59,576 bases of DNA, taken from the NCBI GenBank assembly GCA_031418135.1, contig JANOWY010000029.1, positions 1 through 59,576 of the forward strand, read 5' to 3'. Every line of letters starts with the position of its first letter. Positions within the stretch are counted from its first letter, which is position 1. Shown in pieces: positions 49,535 through 58,850 of the stretch. The notes below the pieces were generated by a model. It saw only the letters and a program-made list of their open reading frames with translations. It was not told where the DNA came from and ran no database searches. This stretch comes from Rhodoferax sp. GTDB taxonomy: Bacteria > Pseudomonadota > Gammaproteobacteria > Burkholderiales > Burkholderiaceae_C. A program made the position numbers and the translations under genes.

Positions 49535-51160
49535 TCAGCCAATCACGCGGGTAGCGGCGGCGTTCAGTTTGGGGGGTGTCTCAAAAGTGTGGAAAGGCGC
49601 GGGTGACGGCACTTCCCATTCCAAACCCTCGGCACCTTCCCAAGGATTCTGCGGGGCCTTTTCACCTTTGCCACGCATACATGGCAAAACAATGAAGAAG
49701 AAGAAGTACACCTGCGCAAAGCCAAAAGCGAATGCACCCACAGATGCAACCATGTTGAAATCGGCGAACTGCATGGGGTAGTCGGCATACCGGCGCGGCA
49801 TGCCCGCCAAGCCCAGGAAGTGCATCGGGAAGAACGTGACATTGAACGCAATCAAGGACCACCAAAAGTGGATTTTGCCGCGCGTTTCGTTGTACATCAC
49901 ACCCGTCCATTTGGGCACCCAGTAGTAGAAGCCGGAGAACATGGCGTACAGAGAGCCAGCCACCAAGACGTAATGGAAATGCGCCACCACGTAATAGGTA
50001 TCTTGCAACTGGATATCGATCGGTGCCATGGCCAGGATCAGTCCTGTGAAACCACCCATGGTGAACACGAAAATGAATCCAACCGCAAACAGCATCGGGG
50101 TCTCAAACGTCATGGAGCCCTGCCACATGGTGGCAATCCAGTTGAAGATCTTGACGGCTGTAGGCACAGCGATCAACATCGTCGCATACATGAAGAACAA
50201 CTGCCCCGTCACCGGCATGCCGGTCGTGAACATGTGATGCGCCCACACAATAAAGCTCAAAATAGCGATGGATGAGGTGGCGTACACCATGGAGGCATAA
50301 CCAAACAGGCGCTTGCGTGCAAAGGCAGGCACCACGTGACTGATGATGCCGAAGGCCGGCAAGATCATGATGTACACCTCAGGGTGGCCAAAGAACCAGA
50401 AGATGTGCTGGAACATCACCGGGTCACCGCCACCGGCCGGGTTGAAGAAGCTGGTACCAAAGTGGCGGTCAGTCAGTGTCATGGTAATGGCACCGGCCAA
50501 CACCGGCATCACGGCGATGAGCAGGTAGGCGGTGATCAACCAGGTCCAGCAGAACATCGGCATTTTCATCAGTGTCATGCCGGGCGCGCGCATGTTGAGG
50601 ATAGTCACAATGATATTGATGGAGCCCATGATGGAACTGGCACCCAAAATGTGCAGCGCAAAAATGCCCGCGTCCATCGACGGCCCCATTTGGAGCGTCA
50701 AAGGCGCATAAAACGTCCAGCCAGCCGCTGGCGCACCGCCCGGCATAAAAAACGACAACACCACCAACACCGCGGCCGGGATGACCAGCCAGAAGCTGAA
50801 ATTGTTCATGCGGGCAAAGGCCATGTCCGCCGCGCCAATTTGCAACGGAATCATCCAGTTGGCAAAACCAACAAACGCTGGCATGATGGCGCCAAACACC
50901 ATCACCACGCCGTGCATGGTGGTCAACTGGTTGAAGAGCTCAGGATTGACGAGTTGAAGCCCCGGCTTGAAAAGTTCGGCGCGAATCAGCAGCGCCAAAA
51001 CGCCGCCAAACATCAGCATAGTGAAGGCAAACAGCAGGTACAGGGTGCCGATGTCTTTATGGTTGGTGGCGAACACCCACCTGCGCCAGCCCGCTGGGGC
51101 GCCATGGTGGTCATCGTGACCATCGTGGGAATGGTTATGGTTGTCTAGTACGGCGCTCAT
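49535..51160 (-). CDS. ctaD: Cytochrome c oxidase subunit I (aa3-type)
   Basis: 541 aa. [23 protein letters not shown] and HHMFTTG motifs. Confidence 0.97.
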   Translation of the reverse strand: MSAVLDNHNHSHDGHDDHHGAPAGWRRWVFATNHKDIGTLYLLFAFTMLMFGGVLALLIRAELFKPGLQLVNPELFNQLTTMHGVVMVFGAIMPAFVGFANWMIPLQIGAADMAFARMNNFSFWLVIPAAVLVVLSFFMPGGAPAAGWTFYAPLTLQMGPSMDAGIFALHILGASSIMGSINIIVTILNMRAPGMTLMKMPMFCWTWLITAYLLIAVMPVLAGAITMTLTDRHFGTSFFNPAGGGDPVMFQHIFWFFGHPEVYIMILPAFGIISHVVPAFARKRLFGYASMVYATSSIAILSFIVWAHHMFTTGMPVTGQLFFMYATMLIAVPTAVKIFNWIATMWQGSMTFETPMLFAVGFIFVFTMGGFTGLILAMAPIDIQLQDTYYVVAHFHYVLVAGSLYAMFSGFYYWVPKWTGVMYNETRGKIHFWWSLIAFNVTFFPMHFLGLAGMPRRYADYPMQFADFNMVASVGAFAFGFAQVYFFFFIVLPCMRGKGEKAPQNPWEGAEGLEWEVPSPAPFHTFETPPKLNAAATRVIG

Positions 51161-51240
51161 ACAGGGATCCTTCTCATTTCACTCAATGCTTCAATCTTGC
51201 GCAGGCAACTTGCGGCAAATGCCCGGTTTGCCCGGCGGAT

Positions 51241-52461
51241 TTACTTCCGCGCTGCGGTAATTTCCGCAGGCTGAACCAGTTGCCCGGTTTTGTTGGACCA
51301 ATTGTTTTTGGTAAAGGTGATCACAGCTGCCAGGTCGGTGTCACTCAATTGTTTCCAGGCTGGCATTGCCCCCTGATTCTGGCCATTCAGCAGCACGGCG
51401 ATCTGCTTGCCTTTATCGACATCCAGTACGACTGCAGCGCCGTCAAGCGGTTTGATGGGGCCAGCGCCCTTGCCACTGGCCTGGTGGCAGGCGGCGCAGT
51501 TGGAGGCGTAGACTTTCTCGCCACGGGCCGAGATGTCGGCCAATGTCCAAACCTTGGCAGGATCATCAGCCTTGGCGGCCAGTTTTTTCTTCTCGCCATC
51601 TACCCACTTCGCGTAGTCCTCATGCGAAACCACCTTCACATGAATGGGCATGTAAGCGTGCTCTTTTCCGCACAACTCCTGGCATTGGCCATGGTAGTCG
51701 CCGATTTTTTCGGCTCGGAACCATGTGTCACGCACGAAACCCGGAATGGCATCTTGCTTGATGCCGAACGAAGGCACGGCAAATGCATGAATCACATCAT
51801 TGGCAGTGGTGATGATGCGCACCTTTTTGTTGACGGGAACGACCAGCGGGTTATCCACTTTCAACAGGTAGTCATCAACTACTTGACCCGGCTTGGGCCC
51901 TCCATTGTTGGACATTTCGCGATGGGTGGCATCCAGCTGTGAAATGAAACTGATGCCTTCGCCTTCGCCCTTGATGTAGTCGTAACCCCACTTCCACTGG
52001 ATGCCGGTGGCTTTGATGGTGACATCGGCATTGGTCGTGTCTTTCATCGCCACAATGACCTTGGTTGCAGGCAACGCCATCAGAATCACGATGATGAACG
52101 GGATGATGGTCCAGATGATCTCAACCGTCACAGACTCGTGAAAATTGGCAGCTTTGTAACCTTTGTCTTTTCGGTGTTTCCAGATCGAATAAAACATCAC
52201 GCTGAAGACGGCAACAAAAATGACGGTGCAGACGATCAACATGAACCAGTGCAGCCACGCCTGCTCTTCAGCAATCTTGGTCACTGCCGGGTGCAAATTG
52301 AGCTGATTGACAGCCGGACCACCCGGCAAATCATTGACGGCATGGGCCAGGCCGGACATGGCCAACCCAGCCGTTGAGACCAACGCCGCGAAGAAAGAGC
52401 CAACCGACCTGACCCCTCTTTTTGCCATACCGAATGTCTTCATGCTTTTCATCGTTTTCAC
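51241..52461 (-). CDS. coxB: Cytochrome c oxidase subunit II with fused C-terminal cytochrome c domain
   Basis: 406 aa. CuA site GQCQELCGKEHAYM and a C-terminal heme-binding CAACHQ. The start may be one of several Met in MKTMKSMKTFGM. Confidence 0.93.
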   Translation of the reverse strand: MKTMKSMKTFGMAKRGVRSVGSFFAALVSTAGLAMSGLAHAVNDLPGGPAVNQLNLHPAVTKIAEEQAWLHWFMLIVCTVIFVAVFSVMFYSIWKHRKDKGYKAANFHESVTVEIIWTIIPFIIVILMALPATKVIVAMKDTTNADVTIKATGIQWKWGYDYIKGEGEGISFISQLDATHREMSNNGGPKPGQVVDDYLLKVDNPLVVPVNKKVRIITTANDVIHAFAVPSFGIKQDAIPGFVRDTWFRAEKIGDYHGQCQELCGKEHAYMPIHVKVVSHEDYAKWVDGEKKKLAAKADDPAKVWTLADISARGEKVYASNCAACHQASGKGAGPIKPLDGAAVVLDVDKGKQIAVLLNGQNQGAMPAWKQLSDTDLAAVITFTKNNWSNKTGQLVQPAEITAARK

Positions 52462-52525
52462 TGCTACAACACCTTCATTATCGCGTATTTATAAGCACTC
52501 ACTTATCAATGATTGCCTGCCGATT

Positions 52526-53053
52526 TCAACCGCCACGCAACGCCAAGCGGATTTCACGTGCCAACGCCGGACGCAACTCGGGCCGCACAAAGCGGCCAAT
52601 GTTGATGCGCCGCCCTTGTCCATACAACTCTATCAGCGATCCGTCGCCGGACTGCGGCTCAACCCGCACCCACTCTCGACTGAATTCAGTTCGCTCCAGC
52701 TTGCCCGCCGTTTCCAGTTCCACAACCAATCGTGGCCCCGCCAGAAATATTCTCTCGCCGTCCCCCGCATGCCGGGCGTACAGCAAAAACGCGATGCCTA
52801 CCAATGTCAACTCCAGCCAGGCAAACGGCAGAACCATGGTTGCGCCCATACCCCAAAACACCATGCCAATGCCCAGCGAAAGCGCACACAGCGACAAGTA
52901 GATCCAGCCCATTTGGCCTGGTGTCAATGAACAATTGCGGCGCAAAAACCACTGAATGTTCTGACCTTGAACCGTGGCAAAGCGTAAAACCAGATGAGTC
53001 ACACAACGCGCCTGGGACAACCATGCCAAGTCACTTTGGCACAGCACGGACAT
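52526..53053 (-). CDS. DUF2244 domain-containing integral membrane protein (oxidase-cluster associated)
   Basis: 175 aa with two adjacent TM helices (IYLSLCALSLGIGMVFWGMGATMVLPFAWLELTLVGIAFLLY), located upstream of coxB. Confidence 0.65.
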   Translation of the reverse strand: MSVLCQSDLAWLSQARCVTHLVLRFATVQGQNIQWFLRRNCSLTPGQMGWIYLSLCALSLGIGMVFWGMGATMVLPFAWLELTLVGIAFLLYARHAGDGERIFLAGPRLVVELETAGKLERTEFSREWVRVEPQSGDGSLIELYGQGRRINIGRFVRPELRPALAREIRLALRGG

Positions 53054-53160
53054 GGGGAAATACCCTGACTTTCAACTCTCAAATATTGTAGCCGACCCCA
53101 CGCGCCGATTTGTGGCGCTGCACGTATGGCGTACAGGCTGCACCCAAACAGCCGCACGCG

Positions 53161-54105
53161 TCAGGGCCGGTCTTTGGCCGGGTTGGGTAACCGACCGGTT
53201 TTCAGGGCCTGGCGCATGTCCTCCAGCGACAGGCTCAGCTGGGGCTGAACAGCCAGCTTGCGCGCCGGTTTGAGCGCGTGTCCGTAAATCACCTCGAAGG
53301 TCAATTTCAAACGTCCGTTATCGGCCGGGTCGGCCAAGTGGTACAGCGCCTGTTTGAGTTTTTGATGCCAAACCCGGCCCCTCAGGGCGTTGAAACGGCT
53401 GGTACTCAGGTTGCGGCCCAGTCCCCGCAGATCTTGCAACAGCCGTTCAGGTGTTTCGTATGTAAGGGTAATACGTTCCATGTCCAGAACCGGTTCCGCA
53501 AACCCCTGGGCCACCAGCATATCGCCCCAATCATGCATATCGGTAAAGGCGTGCGCAGGTTCGCCCCAGCCGCAGGTTTTGTAGAGCGGACGCAACTCTT
53601 TCAGACTGTCCGGCCCCAAACAGGAAAACATCAGGAACCCATCGACCGCCAGTGCCTGATGCCAGCGGGCAATCAGCGCCTGTGGCTGGGCAGACATGTG
53701 CAGCGCCATATTGGCCCAAACCATTTGAAATCCGCTTTCGGTTGGCCCCGTTTCATCCGCCGCATCTGCCATCACCGGTACAGACGGTTTCCAGCGTACC
53801 GGTGACCACCACGGTTTTGCTATTAATTTTGAAGCAAACTCTCTATGTTTTTTATTTACAATATCCATGAAATATTGGGCATCTTTGTAACGCTGCCGCA
53901 GCACGTCATGCATTTGCATGCCGCCATGCAAGGGTTCTACGTGAAGCCAGGCCTGGGGCTCCAGTTTGATCCAATTCAGCCGCTCTTCCATGCGCCGCCC
54001 AACCTCTTCGTGCAACCAAGCCGTCGGTTGCACCAACAGGCTGTGCCATCGCCGCGCGGCGACCGGGTCAATCGAAGGAGGGCCTGGGGTTTCCAAAAAA
54101 GTCAT
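53161..54105 (-). CDS. BioC-like methyltransferase-fold protein with degenerate SAM-binding motif I
   Basis: The track ORF extends to 54231; preferred ATG is 54105 (MTFLETPG). BioC-like C-terminal blocks LAVDGFLMFSCLGPDSLKELR and FTDMHDWGDMLVAQGFAEPVLDMERITLTY. No GxGxG anywhere. Confidence 0.6.
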   Translation of the reverse strand: MTFLETPGPPSIDPVAARRWHSLLVQPTAWLHEEVGRRMEERLNWIKLEPQAWLHVEPLHGGMQMHDVLRQRYKDAQYFMDIVNKKHREFASKLIAKPWWSPVRWKPSVPVMADAADETGPTESGFQMVWANMALHMSAQPQALIARWHQALAVDGFLMFSCLGPDSLKELRPLYKTCGWGEPAHAFTDMHDWGDMLVAQGFAEPVLDMERITLTYETPERLLQDLRGLGRNLSTSRFNALRGRVWHQKLKQALYHLADPADNGRLKLTFEVIYGHALKPARKLAVQPQLSLSLEDMRQALKTGRLPNPAKDRP

Positions 54106-54140
54106 TCGTTTGTAGGTTGCGTCGCGAGTATATTGACCCC

Positions 54141-54857
54141 ATGAAACTTGGTGCATACCTTTCGGGTTGGGTTGACCGGGTTCGTTCCGCCGTACCGAGC
54201 CAATGCGCGGTGTGCCACAGTTGGCCGGCACAGCGTGTATGCGGTGCCTGCGTCAATCGGTTCGCCCAACCTGCCCAACGTTGCCGCACGTGTGGGCTTC
54301 GGCTGGTGAGCGGCACGCAAACCTGCGCAACCTGTCTGGAAAATCCGTCGCCACTGGATGATTGCCTGGTGGCGGTTTCTTATGAATACCCGTGGGCTGA
54401 CCTGATTTCAGGGTTTAAGTTCCAGGCCGATCCGGCCTGGGCCGTCCCGTTGGCCCGGTTGATGCAAAGCATGCCGCACATCGAGCCAGCGCTCGAAACG
54501 GCCGATTGGGTGGTACCCATCCCACTGGCGCAGGCGCGTCTGGCCGAGCGCGGCTTCAACCAATCAATGCTGTTGGCCAAAGCCCTGGCACCCAGCAAAA
54601 TTTTCGGCCAGGCCTTGCTGCGGGTGACACAAAGTGCCGCTCAAAGCACGCAAAACCGCGTGGACCGTTGGCAGGCCATGCGTTACGCATTTGTAGTGGA
54701 TCCGTTTTTGCAGGCTCAACTCGCGGGTCGCCGCGTGGTGGTGGTGGACGATGTCATGACCACCGGTGCCACGTTGTACGCCGCCGCACATGTACTGCGC
54801 GCGGCCGGGGCCACGCACATCACGGGTATGGCATTTGCAAGGACAGAGCTGGAATAA
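54141..54857 (+). CDS. comF: ComF-family (phosphoribosyltransferase-fold) protein
   Basis: The track ORF starts at TTG 54117; an ATG is at 54141. N-terminal Cys-rich CAVCHSW...CGAC...CRTCG...CATC and PRTase motif VVVVDDVMTTGATL. Confidence 0.85.
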   Translation: MKLGAYLSGWVDRVRSAVPSQCAVCHSWPAQRVCGACVNRFAQPAQRCRTCGLRLVSGTQTCATCLENPSPLDDCLVAVSYEYPWADLISGFKFQADPAWAVPLARLMQSMPHIEPALETADWVVPIPLAQARLAERGFNQSMLLAKALAPSKIFGQALLRVTQSAAQSTQNRVDRWQAMRYAFVVDPFLQAQLAGRRVVVVDDVMTTGATLYAAAHVLRAAGATHITGMAFARTELE

Positions 54858-54973
54858 CCCCCACACTCCACCGCTGCGCGGGTCGCTGCCCCCCGAGGGG
54901 GCGCATTTTGCCTGGGGGCGGCCCGGCGGCAAAACCTTAACCCCCACACTCCACCGCTGCGCAGGTGACTGCC
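54856..54973 (+). repeat. REP-like intergenic repeat, ~1.4 tandem copies
   Basis: AACCCCCACACTCCACCGCTGCGC occurs at 54856 and again at 54939. The first unit continues GGGTCGCTGCCCCCCGAGGGGGCGCATTTTGCCTGGGGGCGGCCCGGCGGCAAAACCTT. It is related to 31900-32056 on the opposite strand. Confidence 0.75.
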
Positions 54974-54998
54974 ACTTTAATCGGTGAAAATTGGCGTT

Positions 54999-55460
54999 AT
55001 GTTCAACATCGTCTTGGTCGAACCCGAAATCCCGCCCAACACGGGCAACGTGATTCGCTTGGCCGCCAACACTGGATGCCGGCTTCACCTCATTGAACCG
55101 CTTGGTTTTTTGATGGAAGACCGCCAGTTGCGTCGTGCCGGGCTGGATTACCACGAATACACAGCGGTGATTCGGCATGCTGGTTGGCCCACCTTCTTAA
55201 CCACTGAAAATCCGGCCAGAGAACGGCTTTTTGCGCTCACCACTCGGGGTGAATCATCGGTGTTTCAGGCCCGGTTCAAGCCCGGTGATTGGCTGGTCTT
55301 TGGCTCAGAAACCAAAGGCTTGCCTGACACCGTCCGGGGCGGCATCCCAACCCATCAATGGCTCAGGTTACCCATGCGCGACGGCCAGCGAAGCCTGAAC
55401 CTCTCGAATGCCGTGGCCGTCACCACCTTCGAAGCCTGGCGGCAAAACGGATTTGCCTGA
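54999..55460 (+). CDS. trmL: tRNA (cytidine/uridine-34 2'-O)-methyltransferase TrmL
   Basis: The track ORF starts at GTG 54984. ATG at 54999 gives MFNIVLVEPEIPPNTGNVIRLAANTG. C-terminal SLNLSNAVAV (SPOUT knot). Confidence 0.9.
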   Translation: MFNIVLVEPEIPPNTGNVIRLAANTGCRLHLIEPLGFLMEDRQLRRAGLDYHEYTAVIRHAGWPTFLTTENPARERLFALTTRGESSVFQARFKPGDWLVFGSETKGLPDTVRGGIPTHQWLRLPMRDGQRSLNLSNAVAVTTFEAWRQNGFA

Positions 55461-55564
55461 GGCCACAACACCCTGACCTCAGGCCTCTCGTCTGCAGCGA
55501 ATTCCCTTTCACAATCATTCGTGAAGGAGGCGCAATGCCCTTCACGGGTGATTTTGAAAGGAAA

Positions 55565-56020
55565 TCAAGGGTAAGAACGCCCGATGGACTCTGCCACACA
55601 CACCGGTTTGTCCGAGCCTTCCCGCTCGACTGTCACGCTCCAGGTCATTTGTTTGCCGTTGCGGTCAATCTCCTCGACCTTGAGCAGTTTCAAGTTGGCA
55701 CGCAGGCGGCAGCCCACAGGGGCCGGTGACGTTAAGCGCACTTTGTTCAAGCCGTAGTTCACGCCCATGCCTTTTTCTTGCACCTCGAAGGTATTGGCCA
55801 TCAGCTTGGGCAACAGCGAGAGTGTGAGGAACCCATGCGCAATCGGTGCGCCAAAAGGCCCCGCCTTGGCCCGCTCTACATCCACATGAATCCATTGGTG
55901 GTCACCCGTTGCCTCGGCAAACTGGTTGACCTGCTCTTGCGTAATGGTGATCCAGTCGCTCACGCCGATATCTTGCCCGACACACGCGGCCAGTTCGGCA
56001 ATGGTTTTAAATGTTCTCAT
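55565..56020 (-). CDS. MaoC-family (R)-hydratase/dehydratase
   Basis: 151 aa hot-dog fold. FAEATGDHQWIHVDVERAKAGPFGAPIAHGFLTLS. Confidence 0.88.
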   Translation of the reverse strand: MRTFKTIAELAACVGQDIGVSDWITITQEQVNQFAEATGDHQWIHVDVERAKAGPFGAPIAHGFLTLSLLPKLMANTFEVQEKGMGVNYGLNKVRLTSPAPVGCRLRANLKLLKVEEIDRNGKQMTWSVTVEREGSDKPVCVAESIGRSYP

Positions 56021-56044
56021 GGTGTTTCCTTTGTGGTTTGGGAT

Positions 56045-56671
56045 TTATGGATGGGCCCGGTCGAGCCATTTGCAGAGGGTTTCCCATTGCGCCAGGTCTT
56101 TTTCAACACGGCCTGGCGCCACGTCAAACAGCGTCAGGCCGCGGGCAGCCAAATGGATGTAATTTTGCGTGTTGCGCAGGTAGCCAATAACCGGCAGACC
56201 CAGTGAATCGACAAATTCGTGCAACTTGTCGGTGGCAATGGTGCGGTCATCTACCCGCATGCCCACCAGCCCGATTTGCTCTTTTTGCACGTGTTTGCTT
56301 TTGAGCAACTGATCGAGAAACTCACGCGTGGCAAAGATGTCAAACACGCTGGGCTGCACCGGGATGATGATTTTGTCGGCCATCCGCATCACGTCATTGA
56401 AGCGCCAGCCATGCAGGCCGGCGGGTGTATCCAGCACCACGTGGCTGGTGCCTTTGGGCGCTTTGGCGATCAGGTCGGCGTTGACCTCCCAGGTGGCGAT
56501 GGGCCGGGCTTGCGGGGGCCGCAAGCTGAGCCACAAGCGCGACGACTGTTGGCGATCTGCATCGCCCAGCATCACCGCATGGCCCTGGCTGGCGTAATAA
56601 CCGGCCACATTGGTGGCCAGTGTGGATTTACCCACTCCGCCTTTGGGATTTGCAATAACAACAACCGGCAT
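56045..56671 (-). CDS. ParA/MinD-family P-loop ATPase (orphan, no ParB in the window)
   Basis: 208 aa. Deviant Walker A VIANPKGGVGKSTLATN and a Walker B-like IIIPVQPS. Confidence 0.85.
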   Translation of the reverse strand: MPVVVIANPKGGVGKSTLATNVAGYYASQGHAVMLGDADRQQSSRLWLSLRPPQARPIATWEVNADLIAKAPKGTSHVVLDTPAGLHGWRFNDVMRMADKIIIPVQPSVFDIFATREFLDQLLKSKHVQKEQIGLVGMRVDDRTIATDKLHEFVDSLGLPVIGYLRNTQNYIHLAARGLTLFDVAPGRVEKDLAQWETLCKWLDRAHP

Positions 56672-56844
56672 GATGATCTCCTCGACAATTTCCGTCGATG
56701 TTAGCGCTTTGAGCGCTCTAGAAATTCAATTCTGGGGATGCAGTGCGAGACCTGAATGTCAGGTTGTGCCGCAGACGTACACCAGTATGTCGAGGATTTG
56801 CAACGAAGCAATGCGCCCCAAAATTGAATTTATAGAATGCTCAA

Positions 56845-58704
56845 ATGGAACACACCCCCGCTTGGCTGATCAACAGCTTCATTTACCTCAGCGCCGCCGT
56901 CATCGCGGTGCCACTCTCCAAAGCCCTCGGGCTGGGGGCCATCATCGGTTATTTGGCGGCTGGCCTGGCGATTGGCCCCTGGGGCCTGGGCCTGGTAACG
57001 AATGTCGAAGACATCCTGCATTTTGCCGAGTTTGGCGTGGTGCTGATGCTGTTTTTGGTGGGCCTGGAGCTGGAACCCAAACGCCTGTGGAGCCTGCGCC
57101 GACCCATCTTTGGTTGGGGCAGCGCCCAGGTGTTGGCCTGCGCGGCCGGCTTGTTCATCGTGTTTTACGCCATGGGCCAATGGGCACCCGCCGTGTTTGG
57201 CGGTTGGCGCACACCGCTGGTGGCGGCTTTGGGGCTGGCGTTGTCCAGCACCGCCATCGCCTTGCAGGTGATGGGCGAACGCAACTTGCTGCGCACCTCC
57301 AGCGGTCAGGCCAGCTTTTCGATCTTGCTGTTTCAGGACGTGGCGGCCATCCCGATTTTGGCGCTGCTGCCGCTGCTGGCGGTGGGTTACGGCGGCGGGC
57401 AAGCCTCTGAGGAAATGAACCTGACAGAGCTGGCCCGTGATGCCGCCACCATCATCGGCGTGATCGCCGGCATCGTGCTGGCCGGCCGCCTGCTGCTGCG
57501 CCCCCTGTTCCGCTGGATCGCCCGCTCCAATACGCCCGAGATCTTCACCGCCGCATCGCTGTTGCTGGTGGTCGGCATTTCGGCGCTGATGCAGTGGGTC
57601 GGGCTGTCGATGGCCTTGGGCGCTTTTCTGGCCGGCGTGCTGCTGGCGGAGAGCGAATACCGGCGCGAGCTGGAAACCGACATCGAACCCTTCAAAGGCC
57701 TGCTGCTGGGCCTGTTTTTCATTGCGGTGGGTATGAGCATCGACATCGGCGTGCTGCTTAAATCCCCCGGCCTGATGGCGCTGCTGGTGGTGGCCTTTAT
57801 GGCCGTCAAGGCGCTGGTCATCTACTTCCTGGCCCGCCAGATCGGCCTGCCGTTTCAGGACCGCCCGGTCTTCACGTTGCTTCTCGCACAAGGCGGCGAA
57901 TTCGCCTTTGTGGTGTTTCAGGCGGCCAGCGGTGCCAAGGTGCTTGCGCCCGAAACGGCTTCGCTGCTGATCGGCTCGGTGGCCGTCTCGATGCTGCTCA
58001 GCCCGCTGATTCTGGTGGCCATCGACAAGCTGCTGCTGCCGCGTTTTGCCGACTGTGGTGTGACCAAACCGGACGAAATTTCAGAACCCCAAACCGCCCC
58101 GATCGTCATCGCCGGTTTTGGCCGCTACGGCCAGATCATCGGCCGCCTGCTGATTGCCCAGGGTTACACCTGCACCGTGCTGGACCACGACGCCGAGATG
58201 ATCGAAGCCGCCCGCAGTTTTGGCTACCGTGTGTTCTATGGCGACGCGTCAAGGCTGGATTTGCTGCGCACCGCCGGCGCGGGCACCGCCAAAGTGTTGG
58301 TGATTGCGGTGGATGACAAAGAGCAAAGCCTGAAAATTGTAGACCTGGCGCGGGAGCACTTCCCGCAACTGCAACTGGTTGCCCGCGCCCGCGACGTGAC
58401 CCATTGGCACGAGCTGCGCGAACGCGGCGTCACCCATGTGCAACGCGAGCTGTTTGAGGCCAGCCTGCAAAGCGGGGCCAACGTATTGACAGCACTAGGG
58501 CAAGCAGACGACCAGGTGCAAGTGTCATTGGCCCGCTTTCGGGCGCACAACCTGGCGCTGTTTGAGCAGATGCACCCCCACTACAAAGACCGCGCCAAAC
58601 TCATCGCCGTGGTGAAGCAAGGCCGCGCGCAGCTAGAGGAGCAGCTGGCGCAGGAGCGGATAGCCGCAGCAGGCGAATCCGGATCACCAGTTGGCAGTGT
58701 TTAG
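56845..58704 (+). CDS. kefC: Glutathione-regulated K+-efflux system protein KefB/KefC (CPA2 antiporter with RCK/TrkA-N domain)
   Basis: 619 aa. ~12 TM N-terminal domain and RCK Rossmann VIAGFGRYGQIIGRLL. Confidence 0.88.
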   Translation: MEHTPAWLINSFIYLSAAVIAVPLSKALGLGAIIGYLAAGLAIGPWGLGLVTNVEDILHFAEFGVVLMLFLVGLELEPKRLWSLRRPIFGWGSAQVLACAAGLFIVFYAMGQWAPAVFGGWRTPLVAALGLALSSTAIALQVMGERNLLRTSSGQASFSILLFQDVAAIPILALLPLLAVGYGGGQASEEMNLTELARDAATIIGVIAGIVLAGRLLLRPLFRWIARSNTPEIFTAASLLLVVGISALMQWVGLSMALGAFLAGVLLAESEYRRELETDIEPFKGLLLGLFFIAVGMSIDIGVLLKSPGLMALLVVAFMAVKALVIYFLARQIGLPFQDRPVFTLLLAQGGEFAFVVFQAASGAKVLAPETASLLIGSVAVSMLLSPLILVAIDKLLLPRFADCGVTKPDEISEPQTAPIVIAGFGRYGQIIGRLLIAQGYTCTVLDHDAEMIEAARSFGYRVFYGDASRLDLLRTAGAGTAKVLVIAVDDKEQSLKIVDLAREHFPQLQLVARARDVTHWHELRERGVTHVQRELFEASLQSGANVLTALGQADDQVQVSLARFRAHNLALFEQMHPHYKDRAKLIAVVKQGRAQLEEQLAQERIAAAGESGSPVGSV

Positions 58705-58850
58705 TTAAATTATTATAATTTACATTTACTAATATTAAAAAATTGTCATTGTTGATGTAAAAATTAAATAGTTAGCTACTATTTATATAATGTTTTAGTT
58801 TTATTTAAAGTAATTTTTCATTTAAATTACATTTTATATGAATAAAATTT
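58705..58850. other. Extreme AT-rich island 3 (~12% GC)
   Basis: Hand count gives 17 G+C in 146 nt. It starts at the first base after the kefC stop codon and lies ~330 nt left of the CRISPR array. Confidence 0.9.

Noticed and set aside
55535-55729. 65-codon plus-strand ORF preceded by a strong GAAGGAGG, antisense to the 3' end of the MaoC gene.
   Set aside because: The spacer to the ATG is only 4 nt. The ORF is almost wholly antisense to a well-supported gene and has an Arg/His/Cys-rich composition, so it is most likely chance.
56830-57891. 353-aa minus-strand ORF antisense to kefC, and similar long shadow ORFs (3693..4859 -, 8066..9058 -, 27609..28760 +, 33025..33690 -, 41551..42366 -, 50336..51148 +).
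   Set aside because: They lie entirely inside genes with strong family signatures. Their translations are Arg/Gly/Ala/Pro/His-rich low-complexity sequence typical of off-frame reading in GC-rich DNA, and they lack recognisable motifs and ribosome-binding sites.
58705-58850. Interpreting AT island 3 as the CRISPR leader.
   Set aside because: It is ~330 nt away from the first repeat. That repeat is the degenerate (normally leader-distal) copy, and the ATTGAAAC end of the repeat points to transcription from the opposite side. It is kept as an alternative only if strand-specific RNA data contradict this.
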